This document shows, piece after piece, positions 46,558-55,209 of a stretch of 55,209 nt of DNA. The notes below the pieces were generated by a model. It searched no databases. It saw nothing but the letters and a program-made list of their open reading frames with translations, and had not been told where the DNA came from. This DNA comes from Hyphomonas sp. (lineage in GTDB: Bacteria > Pseudomonadota > Alphaproteobacteria > Caulobacterales > Hyphomonadaceae). The stretch spans positions 1 to 55,209 of the forward strand of contig JBKBVT010000001.1 in the NCBI GenBank assembly GCA_046289305.1, given 5' to 3'. Numbering within the stretch: the first letter of the stretch is position 1; each line of letters starts with the position of its first letter. The translations under genes and the position numbers were made by a program.

Positions 46558-48516
46558 ATGTCCGACATCACCACCCATCTCCTGCTGCCCTATATCCTGG
46601 CATCGCAGGCGCAAAAGCATGTCACCCACAATGAGGCGCTGCGCCTGCTGGACGCCATGGTTCAACTGTCGGTCCTTGACCGAACCCGCACCGCCCCACC
46701 CGTCAGCCCGACCGATGGCGACCGGCATATTGTGGCATCCGGCGCGACAGGCCTGTGGGCTGGCTGGGATCTGAACGTCGCCTTCTGGGTCGACGGAGTC
46801 TGGATGCGGCTGGTGCCGCACCCGGGTTGGCTTGCCTGGATCTCGGATGAGGCGACCTTTGTCGTCTGGAATGGGTCGGCCTGGGATTTGGTTGGCGAAC
46901 CGGTTGATGTGTCTGACGCCATCTTCAGCCTGGTGAACGACGCCGATCCGACCAAGAAGGCGCTCTTCTCGCTGTCAGGGATTACAACCGGCACGACCCG
47001 AACCTTCGCCCTGCCGAACACATCCTCGGAACTGGCAATTCTCGCAGGCACGCAAACCTTCACCGGCAACAAGACCTTCTCCGGATCGCTGACCGCGTCT
47101 GGTGCCGTGTCCATCACCGGCACGCTAACCGCCTCGGGGACCGTTACTGTTTCGGCGGCGGCGGCCTCGATCGGCACGGCCATCACCGCCGCGACATACG
47201 GGATGGGCACGGGGGTCAATCCGACCGGCGTGACCAAGACCCTGAACCTTGGCACCGGCGGCGCGTCGGGATCGACCACCGTCGTCAACATCGGCTCGGC
47301 CACAGCTGGGGCGGGCGGCACCACGGTCGTGAACACCCCAACGGTAACCTTCGCAAATGCCGTGACACAGGTCGGCATGCCGCAGGCTAACCTGACCGCG
47401 CAGCTAATGGGCCTTGGTGGAGCGACGGCCGACAGCTTCAACCGCCTGTCGATGAACACGCCAGCCGTGCTGTTGAACAACGCAGGCGCAGGGATCGAGG
47501 CCACCGTCAACAAGGCAGCTGCCGGGAACGATGCGGCGTTTTCCTTCAAGACAGGGTTTTCCGCTCGCGCCCTGATCGGTCTATTGGGCAACGACAACTT
47601 CAGCTTCAATGTCAGCCCGAACGGGTCGACTTTCTTTGACGCCATCGTGGTGGATCGCACCAATGGTCAGGTAGAGCTGCCCCAGCCCACCGTTCTGCCG
47701 GGGCTGAATGCGGCACCTGCCCCGCCGCCCTCGGGCAAGACCTCGGTCTATGCCCGGAACCGCGCCGGGGCGCCGTGGATCGATGTGATGCGTCCCTCGG
47801 GCCGGGACTTCCCGCTCCAGCCGCATTTCGGGGTTAACCGGATTGCCAACTGGTCACCGTCGATCACGACCACGATTACCACCGAGGGTCTGCCGATCAC
47901 CAACGTCGGCACCGTCTCCCATCCCACGCTGGCCGCCACCAACCTCGCGGCCTCCATGCGGCGCTGGCGTCTCACCTCGGCGGCCGTGGTGGATTCCGTG
48001 GCCGAACAGCGCTCGGCAGGGTGGGCATGCTGGCGTGGTAATGCGGCTGGATTGGGCGGCTGGACCTTCGTCACGCGGCTTTCGCTGACGACCTTGCAAG
48101 CCACCGGCATGGCGTTCTTCGGGCTTTACGGTTCCATCGCCACGCTGGCCGTCAACCTGACGCTGGCTGCAGTGATCAACGCAGTTGGCATCGGCTTCCA
48201 GCGCGGCACCCATGCCAACTGGCAGCTGGTCACCAATGACGGCACCGGCGCGCCGACCCTGACCGACATGGGCGCGCCCTTCGCTATCGCGCTGGGCGGC
48301 GTGCTGACCCTGTTCATCGCCGCGCCACCCAATGGAACATCAGTGTGGGTGCGGGCGGTGAACGAAGTCACCGGCGCGGTCTTTGAGCAGGAGATCACCG
48401 CCGACCTGCCAGCCAACACGCAATTCCTCTCGCCGCGCCTCTACCTGAACACCGGCGCGACAGCCGCCGCCGTCGCCTACGACTGCGCGGGCCTCTATCT
48501 CGAAACCGATTACTGA
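46558..48516 (+). CDS. Tail fibre / receptor-binding protein (DUF2793 N-terminus)
   Basis: LPYILASQAQKHVTHNEALRLLD; Thr/Gly-rich shaft. Confidence 0.85.
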   Translation: MSDITTHLLLPYILASQAQKHVTHNEALRLLDAMVQLSVLDRTRTAPPVSPTDGDRHIVASGATGLWAGWDLNVAFWVDGVWMRLVPHPGWLAWISDEATFVVWNGSAWDLVGEPVDVSDAIFSLVNDADPTKKALFSLSGITTGTTRTFALPNTSSELAILAGTQTFTGNKTFSGSLTASGAVSITGTLTASGTVTVSAAAASIGTAITAATYGMGTGVNPTGVTKTLNLGTGGASGSTTVVNIGSATAGAGGTTVVNTPTVTFANAVTQVGMPQANLTAQLMGLGGATADSFNRLSMNTPAVLLNNAGAGIEATVNKAAAGNDAAFSFKTGFSARALIGLLGNDNFSFNVSPNGSTFFDAIVVDRTNGQVELPQPTVLPGLNAAPAPPPSGKTSVYARNRAGAPWIDVMRPSGRDFPLQPHFGVNRIANWSPSITTTITTEGLPITNVGTVSHPTLAATNLAASMRRWRLTSAAVVDSVAEQRSAGWACWRGNAAGLGGWTFVTRLSLTTLQATGMAFFGLYGSIATLAVNLTLAAVINAVGIGFQRGTHANWQLVTNDGTGAPTLTDMGAPFAIALGGVLTLFIAAPPNGTSVWVRAVNEVTGAVFEQEITADLPANTQFLSPRLYLNTGATAAAVAYDCAGLYLETDY

Positions 48517-48526
48517 AGGGACCATC

Positions 48527-48835
48527 ATGACCGAACGCACCACCATCCTGCAGGAGGTCGGCCAGGCCTTCCGCGAAAACGGCCTGACCGCCGCCATTAC
48601 CGCGCTGGTTGGCGGCTCGCTCGCCGTTGCCGCTAGCGTCACCCGCAAGGCATTCACCAACGAGGCCATGCTTGAGCGCCTCGATAAGGAGCTTCACCTC
48701 GAGCGCGAGCGAACCGACAAACAGCGCGCCGATGACCGAAAAGCTGACGCCGACCGGCTGGAGCGCATTGAAGCCGACATCCGCGCGATGCGGGATGTGA
48801 TGTTCGAAGCCTTCCAGCGCGGGCGCACCGACTGA
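48527..48835 (+). CDS. Small membrane protein, possible holin
   Basis: One hydrophobic segment followed by a charged coiled coil; directly upstream of the endolysin. Confidence 0.5.
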   Translation: MTERTTILQEVGQAFRENGLTAAITALVGGSLAVAASVTRKAFTNEAMLERLDKELHLERERTDKQRADDRKADADRLERIEADIRAMRDVMFEAFQRGRTD

Positions 48836-48869
48836 AGCACCCCCAAGACCACCACTGAACCTGTCACCC

Positions 48870-48897
48870 ACCCGCCCCCGAGGCGGGTTTTGCATTT
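48870..48897 (+). terminator. Terminator-like hairpin before the endolysin
   Basis: ACCCGCC-N5-GGCGGGT followed by TTTGCATTT. Confidence 0.55.
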
Positions 48898-48909
48898 CTG
48901 GAGATCCCC

Positions 48910-49584
48910 ATGCCGACCACGACCTATGCCCATTTCCGCGACGTGCCTGAGAGCGCATGGCGCTGGCCCAGCTTTTCCCCGGCCGAGATCGCCTGCCGCG
49001 GCACCGGGGCGGTCAAGATCAACACCGAGGCCATGGACAAGCTGCAGTCCCTGCGCAACCGCCTCGGCAAGCCGCTGATCGTCCGTTCAGGCTATCGCAG
49101 CCCCAGCCACAACCGCGCCGTCGGTGGGGCCCCGGCATCGAAACACATGCTTGGCACGGCGTTCGACATCGCCATGTCCAACCACGATCCGGCCACCTTC
49201 GCCGAAGCCGCCCGCGCCGTGGGCTTTCTCGGTTTCGGCACATATCCCCGCTCGGGCTTCATGCACATTGACCTCGGGCCCGCTCGCAGATGGGGCGAAC
49301 CCTTCGCTCCACGCGCCACGCCTTTTGTGCCGGAAACCCAGTCGGCCCGCGAAGTTCTGGCCGACAGCCGCACCCTGAAGGGTGGCGGGGCAGCGGGCAT
49401 CGCGACCGTTTGCGCGGCCGGTGTCGAGGTAGCGCAAGAGGTCTTGGCGGAAACCCAATCGGCTGTCCTTCCCCTGGTGCCCTATCTCGACACCCTGCGC
49501 TGGGTGTTCATCACCGTGGCGCTGATCGGCATCGCCGTCGCGATCCACGCCCGGATCGATGACTGGAAGCGGGGCCAGCGCTGA
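48910..49584 (+). CDS. Endolysin, peptidase M15A/YcbK family, with hydrophobic C-terminus
   Basis: SGYRS..HN..VGGA..SKH..G.AFDI, FMHID; C-terminal WVFITVALIGIAVAI. Confidence 0.85.
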   Translation: MPTTTYAHFRDVPESAWRWPSFSPAEIACRGTGAVKINTEAMDKLQSLRNRLGKPLIVRSGYRSPSHNRAVGGAPASKHMLGTAFDIAMSNHDPATFAEAARAVGFLGFGTYPRSGFMHIDLGPARRWGEPFAPRATPFVPETQSAREVLADSRTLKGGGAAGIATVCAAGVEVAQEVLAETQSAVLPLVPYLDTLRWVFITVALIGIAVAIHARIDDWKRGQR

Positions 49585-49835
49585 TGGGTTGGATCACCGT
49601 CCTCCTCGCCAGCGGCCCGGCGCGCAAATCGCTGGGCCTCCTGCTGATCGCCCTGACCATCGCCCTGTTCTTGATGAACCTGCGCCGCGCCGGTGAACGG
49701 ACCGGTCGGCTGGCAGAACGCCTTTCAACATCGGAGAGAATCCATGAAATCCAACGCCATATGCTGGACGCCGCCAGCCGCCGCCCCGCTGATCGCGATG
49801 CTCTGGCTCAGCGCATGCGCGATGGCCGGTTCTGA
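49584..49835 (+). CDS. Inner-membrane spanin (Rz-like)
   Basis: N-terminal transmembrane segment plus helical tail; follows the endolysin. Confidence 0.65.
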   Translation: MGWITVLLASGPARKSLGLLLIALTIALFLMNLRRAGERTGRLAERLSTSERIHEIQRHMLDAASRRPADRDALAQRMRDGRF

Positions 49836-49989
49836 GGCGAAGGCTCCGTGCCCGCCTGTCGTTGATTACAGCGCGGTAGAACAGGTCCGTGTTGCAGACG
49901 AAGTGGATGAGCTGCTGGATAATGTGATGGTTGTACGAATGCTCAGCGATTACGCCGTCCTGCGCGATCAGGCGCGCTCTTGCAGGTGA
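49744..49989 (+). CDS. Outer-membrane lipoprotein spanin (Rz1-like)
   Basis: Lipobox LSAC, Pro-rich APCPP; overlaps the 3' end of the Rz-like gene in another frame. Confidence 0.65.
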   Translation: MKSNAICWTPPAAAPLIAMLWLSACAMAGSEAKAPCPPVVDYSAVEQVRVADEVDELLDNVMVVRMLSDYAVLRDQARSCR

Positions 49990-50134
49990 AAGCCGTGCGT
50001 GGCAGATAGCCTGCCCGCGGACCACCCTCAGGCAGATGACAAGAAGCATTTGTGTTTCGACCGTGTTCATCCCGCCCTCCTAAACCAGAGGACAGGATGC
50101 ATCTTTGGCGCGTTAGATTTGGACGTAGGCGCCC

Positions 50135-50752
50135 CTACGCCGCTGCAAGCCTGACTGCATCCCTCATTCGGTCAAAGATTTCACGCGAACCACTCACCAG
50201 ATCAAGTGCGCGCCCCAGGGGAGCAAGTGCTTGCGACAAATCATCGTCTGCGAAACCCTGTGCGATTTGTTCGCGATCAAAACTTACCGGCAGTTTGAAA
50301 GTGAATGTCTCCACGTCAAAGAGAAATCCGGCATCAACAAGTTTCTGCAAATCATCTGCGACGGAAACTGCCAATCTTTTAAGGTTCTTCTTGCCGGAGA
50401 CCGTGTTTGTCGAAACACAAAGATAGACCTTGCGTCCGCCCGCGCTGGCAAAATATGCAACCCATGTTTGCGCTTCGAACTCGTCGACATCAAGATAGCA
50501 TAGGAGATCGTAGTCTCCGCCAACGTCCTCACCATCTGCTCGCCAATCAGACGGCGCCAGCCATAGGTCATCGGCAAACCCTGATCCGAAGCCACTTTCC
50601 CAACACAAATCTTCATTTTTCGCGGTTAGTGTTTCACATACTGCCTCAAACAACGATGCGTCCATCTTTGTCGACGCAAACGCAACAGCACTCTCAAGTT
50701 GATCGATATTCCTGATGATGACTGCAGCCGCCTTGGTTTCAGCGTCGTCCAT
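50135..50752 (-). CDS. Acidic hypothetical protein
   Basis: AAGGAG RBS; 10 bp downstream of the nuclease gene. Confidence 0.75.
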   Translation of the reverse strand: MDDAETKAAAVIIRNIDQLESAVAFASTKMDASLFEAVCETLTAKNEDLCWESGFGSGFADDLWLAPSDWRADGEDVGGDYDLLCYLDVDEFEAQTWVAYFASAGGRKVYLCVSTNTVSGKKNLKRLAVSVADDLQKLVDAGFLFDVETFTFKLPVSFDREQIAQGFADDDLSQALAPLGRALDLVSGSREIFDRMRDAVRLAAA

Positions 50753-50762
50753 GGTGTTCTCC

Positions 50763-51539
50763 TTAATGTTGTGCAACATGATCGCCAAATTGTGCGATCA
50801 CACGATGAATGAGGCTTTTTGCGCCACCACCTCGCTTGGCCACTTGCCTCGCCGCAGCGGAAACATCGTTCCAAGTTGATGAGTAGACTTCCGCTATCTT
50901 GGATGGAAAGGGTGCAAGGAGGATCAAAATGCGTGACCTGCGCATATGCGCCGCTCGCGAATCCAACGCTTCCAAGTAGCGGCCAAGCTGATCATTAGGC
51001 CCCAATCCCGCTCTTATCTTTATTTCTATTCCTATCAAATATCGCCCTGTTTCAATCACTAGGTCGACGCGATCCGACGACTCACCGAGTGGGTTAACCT
51101 CAGTAAAGACGCTATAGCCGCTACACAACTCGTGGTCCCAATCCTCATTCTTGACGGCACGCTTCAGATACAAGGCCAAGAAGTCGCGCGACGTAACGCC
51201 TCCAAACTCAGTTCGCCACAGGCCAGCAAGGGCACCTGCCGTTCTGACTTCGTTATGCTTCAAACCAGCGATAGCCCACAGGTTCAACAAGCCCCCCTTG
51301 GCTAACACAGCTTCGATCGGAGATTTGATCTGCTCAAAAAATCGACCAAGATCGGATTCGGATGGAGAAGGATGATCAGGAACAGCTTGGTCGGATGGGA
51401 TAACCGGAAGTTCTACGAAGAATTGCGCTAAGCACTCGGCGAAGTCTTGGGTTGCCGGTGTAATTGTCGAAGTAGCGGAGAATTCAGCAAAAAACGCTGC
51501 GAGGTCCACGCAGTTCAGACTGCTAAGTGATTCAGGCAA
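50763..51539 (-). CDS. PD-(D/E)XK nuclease (PDDEXK_4-like)
   Basis: TE...RVDLVIE...IGIEIKI...QLGRY; overlaps the WYL stop by 8 bp. Confidence 0.8.
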   Translation of the reverse strand: MPESLSSLNCVDLAAFFAEFSATSTITPATQDFAECLAQFFVELPVIPSDQAVPDHPSPSESDLGRFFEQIKSPIEAVLAKGGLLNLWAIAGLKHNEVRTAGALAGLWRTEFGGVTSRDFLALYLKRAVKNEDWDHELCSGYSVFTEVNPLGESSDRVDLVIETGRYLIGIEIKIRAGLGPNDQLGRYLEALDSRAAHMRRSRILILLAPFPSKIAEVYSSTWNDVSAAARQVAKRGGGAKSLIHRVIAQFGDHVAQH

Positions 51540-52485
51540 TACTTCGCCCCGACTTTTGAATTTTCACCTCAACGTTATCGCCCCAACGCGTCAGATACCA
51601 AGCCATTTCCTGCCGCCCCCCGGCCCAGAACCGCACCACGAGCGATCCGTCCGCCAGCCGCTCCGTTTCCTGCTTGGGGTGGAATACATAGACTGCCGCT
51701 TCGTCTGCCACTTCGGGCGAGAAGCGCCATTCCACATCCTGCGGTTCTTCGCGCCAGATGCCAAAGCTTTCAGCGAGCCAGTCCTGCAGGTCAAAGTCTT
51801 CGGGTCGTTCAAAGACCTCATCGTCCAACTCGATACTCTCGAATCCAGCCAAGGCGAACAGGCGCAGCTCGTCCTGGTACTCACTCCATGCCAGAAGGTA
51901 TTGCCGCCCTTCGCCGAACAACATTGCGATGGGTCCGAGGCGGGTGTCGCGCGAAAGTTTGCCGCTGCTTCGGGCACGGTGGTCGGCCGAGATCATCACC
52001 CCGGCAAGGATTGCCTCTCGTAGGGCAGACAGGATTTCCGGCGCGATGCATTCGCGTGGGCCTGGGCGGAATGCTACACCGTCAGCCAGAAGCTGCGCCT
52101 CGAGGTCGGCTGCGACGCGGCGGCGGCGATCCTCGCGAAACATCGCCTGAACCTTTGCAAGCAAACGTTCCACCGTTTCGGCAGTATCGAGATCCCCCTC
52201 GCGCCTCGCGATGTTGGCCGCGCGGTGCCCGGCCGTCAGTTCATCGACCGTCGGCTCTACCATCTTGCCCAAGGTGCCAGGCGGGAAACGCCAGTATTTC
52301 AGACCATTGGGTCCGGGGCGCTCTTCCAGTTGGGGATAGGCGCGTAGCACGGCATCGCGCATCCGCTCTGCCGTGCGCCGGGACACGCCGAAGGCACGTT
52401 CGATATCCGCGATGGAGAGCCCCTCTGCAGAGCCCTGCATCATCACCGCCAGCCGCAACAGGTCTTCCTGACGTGAATATCGCAT
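51532..52485 (-). CDS. Second wHTH-WYL-WCX regulator
   Basis: FGVSRRTAERM, GPIAMLFGEGRQYLLA, RWGDNVEV; GGAGG RBS; paralogous to 4998-5999. Confidence 0.9.
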   Translation of the reverse strand: MRYSRQEDLLRLAVMMQGSAEGLSIADIERAFGVSRRTAERMRDAVLRAYPQLEERPGPNGLKYWRFPPGTLGKMVEPTVDELTAGHRAANIARREGDLDTAETVERLLAKVQAMFREDRRRRVAADLEAQLLADGVAFRPGPRECIAPEILSALREAILAGVMISADHRARSSGKLSRDTRLGPIAMLFGEGRQYLLAWSEYQDELRLFALAGFESIELDDEVFERPEDFDLQDWLAESFGIWREEPQDVEWRFSPEVADEAAVYVFHPKQETERLADGSLVVRFWAGGRQEMAWYLTRWGDNVEVKIQKSGRSIA

Positions 52486-52534
52486 CATGCCTCCGTGCTT
52501 CCGCGCCCCACATTCCTGCCAGACACGTGGGCGG

Positions 52535-54547
52535 TCAACGGCCAAAGCCGATCGGCCTTGACGTGCCCTCCTTCGCCTCAGACTCGCGACGCAGTTCGGC
52601 AAGAAGTTCCGCCGGTTCTTGCTGCCCAAGCACGCGCATTCTGCGCGCCACATTTGCGAAGTCGCCCGGCGCCAGATGATCGAGGGCCGTGATATCCGCG
52701 TGCACTGGCGCGGCGAAGTGTGTGCTCCAGGCCAGCGGTAGCTGATGCTCCTGCAACCAGTCGAAACGGATGCGGAATGTGAAGCGGCGCTGCGTCGCCG
52801 GATCGAGTTTCTCGGCAAGGTTCGTGGTGCAGACGAAAGGCAGCGGATGGTTTTCCATCCAAGTGAGCATTTCGTTCACTTGGCTCACTTCCCACTGGTG
52901 CGTCGCATTGCGTCGATCAGCCAACAGGCTGTCTGCTTCATCGAAGATGAGAAGCGCGCCCTCAGCCCTTGCATCCGAAAAAGCCCTCGCGATGGCCTTC
53001 TCGCTGCCGCCGACCCACATCGAGAGAAGGTCGGAGGCGCGCTTCTGATGCACCGGCAGACCCAACTGTCGGGCAAGATGACGAGCCCAGGCGCTCTTGC
53101 CGGTCCCTGCCGGGCCGTCCAAGCAGAAGGATAGTCGCTGCGGCTGCGCGGCATCGCTCAGCCGTGTTTCCAACAGGCAGAGGTCGGCATCGGTGTTGGC
53201 CAGTGCTGGAACCCAAGGGGCCTCTGAGTGGTAGCGAGGTGGCGGAGCGACACCTCCATTGGTCAGCTTGGCCGACGCCCCGAGGACATGCTCGAAAATC
53301 TCAGTCCCACCGCCGCAGGCCCTTGTGACCCGCATCGCGTCTGCCACCAGCGCCGGGGGCTGATCACGGGTTTCGGCCAGAGCCATGATCGCCGCGGTAT
53401 CCTCGGTCGGGATATGCCGGTCCGCGAGGCGCTGCCAGATCCGCTTTCGAATGCCTCCTGCTGGCGGCCGCATCTCGGCAGAGAAGGTCATCCTGCGCAG
53501 GAAGGCCGGGTCGCAGGTGGAAATGGAATTGGTAGTCCAGAGGGTCGGTACGGGATTGGTTTCTAGAAGCCGATTTGCAAAAACCTTCGACGTGCGCTCC
53601 TGGCGGAAGAACACCGAGACTTGGCCACCACCAAACAGATCTTCCATCTCATCCAGCAGCAGCACGGTGTCGCGGCGCGACGCCAGCATCCGCCCCGCGA
53701 TTCCTAGTTCCGCCAGGCGCTCGCCTCGGGACGGTTCCTCGCCGCTGTCGTCAGCCTCGCCCACCGCCCGCAGGTTTGCTCCCAGTTCACAGGCCAGAAC
53801 CTTGCAAAACTCGGTTTTGCCCGTCCCCGGTGGTCCATACAGCAGGATGTTCACGCCTGGTGTGCCTTGTTCCATTGCGTTCTGCAGGAGTGTCCGCATG
53901 ATTTCGGCGCAGTCGCCCATTCCCGTGAAGTCCCTCCATTCCGCTTCAGGCGGCGGAGCGGGCGGGAACAGGATTGCCACCAGGTCCTCAATGTTGCCAA
54001 AGTCAGCCATTAGCGCCGCGGCGAGTCGATCCGAGACCGTGTAAGGGATGGACTTACGCGACCAGTTGCGCCCGTCGTTCTGCAAAAGGCCCGAGGCCCG
54101 CAGCCGGGCATCCGGCCGAAGGGCATCGCGAATGACCGTATGATCGGCACTGGCAAACTGGGCAATCAGGAACGGGAGGGTCACGTCCTGCGTCTGCAGG
54201 GCCCGGTCGACAACATGCTCGAACATGTCGAAGTTGTGATAGCTGGAGAAGAACTCGAGCACCCTTGCTTCGGGGGCAGAAAGACCAAAGTGCTGCCCGA
54301 TGCGCGTGGCATTGATCCGGACGAGATTGTCCTCTCGCACGTCGTTCCTCGTAAGCAGATTCTCAAGAATGCCGCGCACCCTTCCCCACCACGCGGAACC
54401 CGGCCGGGTTCGCGGTCGCTCAGGGCATTCGACATCGGTCAGGTATTCGATCCAGCCCGGCACCTCCTTGGCCACCTTGCTGCCAGGGCCGAAGCGATCG
54501 GCGAGCGCAGCGACGAGTTCGAGTGCGAGGTGCTTTTCCGTATTCAT
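52535..54547 (-). CDS. Tandem AAA+ ATPase (two modules) with N-terminal helical domain
   Basis: GPPGTGKT/LLDEME/DPAFLRR and GPAGTGKS/IFDEAD/DPATQRRF; C-terminal IGF; AGGAG RBS. Confidence 0.9.
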   Translation of the reverse strand: MNTEKHLALELVAALADRFGPGSKVAKEVPGWIEYLTDVECPERPRTRPGSAWWGRVRGILENLLTRNDVREDNLVRINATRIGQHFGLSAPEARVLEFFSSYHNFDMFEHVVDRALQTQDVTLPFLIAQFASADHTVIRDALRPDARLRASGLLQNDGRNWSRKSIPYTVSDRLAAALMADFGNIEDLVAILFPPAPPPEAEWRDFTGMGDCAEIMRTLLQNAMEQGTPGVNILLYGPPGTGKTEFCKVLACELGANLRAVGEADDSGEEPSRGERLAELGIAGRMLASRRDTVLLLDEMEDLFGGGQVSVFFRQERTSKVFANRLLETNPVPTLWTTNSISTCDPAFLRRMTFSAEMRPPAGGIRKRIWQRLADRHIPTEDTAAIMALAETRDQPPALVADAMRVTRACGGGTEIFEHVLGASAKLTNGGVAPPPRYHSEAPWVPALANTDADLCLLETRLSDAAQPQRLSFCLDGPAGTGKSAWARHLARQLGLPVHQKRASDLLSMWVGGSEKAIARAFSDARAEGALLIFDEADSLLADRRNATHQWEVSQVNEMLTWMENHPLPFVCTTNLAEKLDPATQRRFTFRIRFDWLQEHQLPLAWSTHFAAPVHADITALDHLAPGDFANVARRMRVLGQQEPAELLAELRRESEAKEGTSRPIGFGR

Positions 54548-54586
54548 CTTCTCTCTCCTTTGATGAAGAGAGTATCAACGGTACCT

Positions 54587-54603
54587 ACGTCAAAAATGGA
54601 CGT
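54587..54603. promoter_or_regulatory. Putative WYL operator ACGTC-N7-GACGT
   Basis: Perfect 5-bp inverted repeat with a 7-nt spacer, 40 bp upstream of the AAA-WYL operon. Confidence 0.5.
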
Positions 54604-54677
54604 GATGCGCGGCAAGTGTGACAACTACAAGCATGTGGCTGCGATTTCCCGACTGAGCATCTATCCCCGCAAACGCT

Positions 54678-54704
54678 AAAAGCCCCCGCTTTTCAGGGGG
54701 GACT
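54678..54704 (-). terminator. Possible phage-supplied terminator for rrn/tRNA read-through
   Basis: AAAAGCCCCC...GGGGG hairpin giving a U-tract on the minus strand. Confidence 0.45.
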
Positions 54705-54712
54705 CGTCAAAC

Positions 54713-54732
54713 GTTGAGGTGGCGTTGAGGTG
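54713..54732 (+). repeat. Putative integrase arm-type site
   Basis: Identical to 501-520. Confidence 0.75.
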
Positions 54733-54797
54733 TTTTGCGCAGCGCTATACACAAGTGTTTTTGTCGGATTCTAACCATCTGGAATGGTTAGATAATT

Positions 54798-54874
<77 letters not shown>

Positions 54875-54932
54875 CCAAGATTGTCCTGTTGGGTTTCGCG
54901 TCGTTTTAGAGAGATATATGCGTTTCTTACCA

Positions 54933-55050
54933 GGTCTGGCGGTGACCTACTCTCCCACGTCTTGAGACGCAGTACCATCGGCGCAGCGGCACTTAACGGC
55001 CGAGTTCGGGATGGGATCGGGTGTTTTGCTCGCGCTAGGGCCACCAGACC
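54933..55050 (-). rRNA. rrf: 5S rRNA
   Basis: Minus strand GGTCTGGTGG...CCCGATCCCATCCCGAACTCGG...GGGAGAGTAGGTCACCGCCAGACC. Confidence 0.95.
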
Positions 55051-55137
55051 AGGAAAGAAACGCTCAGCGTGAAGGGCCTTTCGGCGTCTTCGAGTTGTCC
55101 AAGATGTTTTTTCGAGAAGAAGGGTCTGCCTTCTTCC

Positions 55138-55209
55138 GGATCAAATCAAGCCTATCGAGCCATTAGTACCGGTCAACTGAATGCATTGCTGCACTTACAT
55201 CTCCGGCCT
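55138..55209 (-). rRNA. rrl: 23S rRNA 3' end (partial)
   Basis: Minus strand ...CAGTTGACCGGTACTAATGGCTCGATAGGCTTGATTTGATC, upstream of 5S. Confidence 0.9.

Noticed and set aside
22374-47663. Long antisense ORFs (e.g. 22374-23561, 32314-33486, 41262-42152, 46662-47663)
   Set aside because: Typical shadows of high-GC coding genes on the opposite strand.
40627-48516. Host gene transfer agent cluster
   Set aside because: It is embedded in an att-bounded element with integrase, replication genes and a lambda-type head.
46558-50134. Diversity-generating retroelement or invertible tail-fibre switch
   Set aside because: No RT, no template/variable repeat pair and no invertase seen.
49990-50134. 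Possible small RNA between the convergent lysis and defence operons
   Set aside because: Only short 5-bp stems (CTGCC/GGCAG, CATCC/GGATG), which is not enough support without covariation or expression data.
51532-52818. 428-aa WYL ORF as listed in the track
   Set aside because: The first ~110 codons overlap the AAA gene. The RBS and HTH support a start at 52485/52488.

Overview
The window is almost entirely one ~54.5 kb temperate prophage of an alphaproteobacterium (Rhodobacteraceae-like, inferred from the RcGTA-type baseplate genes and the 23S-5S-tRNA-fMet layout). It is integrated in the tRNA-fMet gene at the end of an rRNA operon, with a 48-bp att duplication at 304-351 and 54798-54845. 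The backbone is: tyrosine integrase; a WYL regulator with no recognisable CI/Cro repressor; Xis-like, VRR-NUC and replication-initiator genes with internal iterons; a lambda-like cos region at ~20.27-20.52 kb; two ParB-fused DNA methylases; a lambda-type head; a siphovirus tail with a -1 frameshifted chaperone; an RcGTA-like baseplate; and a lysis cassette. Defence-type cargo sits in three blocks: (1) an RT-less PtuAB/Septu pair; (2) Vsr + Dcm + MORC/Z1/DUF4420/AIPR (Mza-like) with a coupled OLD-type ATPase-Toprim nuclease; (3) an operon I cannot assign to a named system, encoding a tandem AAA+ ATPase, a WYL protein, a PD-(D/E)XK nuclease and an unknown protein. The most novel signals are a candidate WYL-driven, repressor-less induction circuit with shared promoter boxes, block 3, and a cos region densely packed with GANTC (CcrM) sites. 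All protein calls come from reading motifs by eye; no database searches were run.
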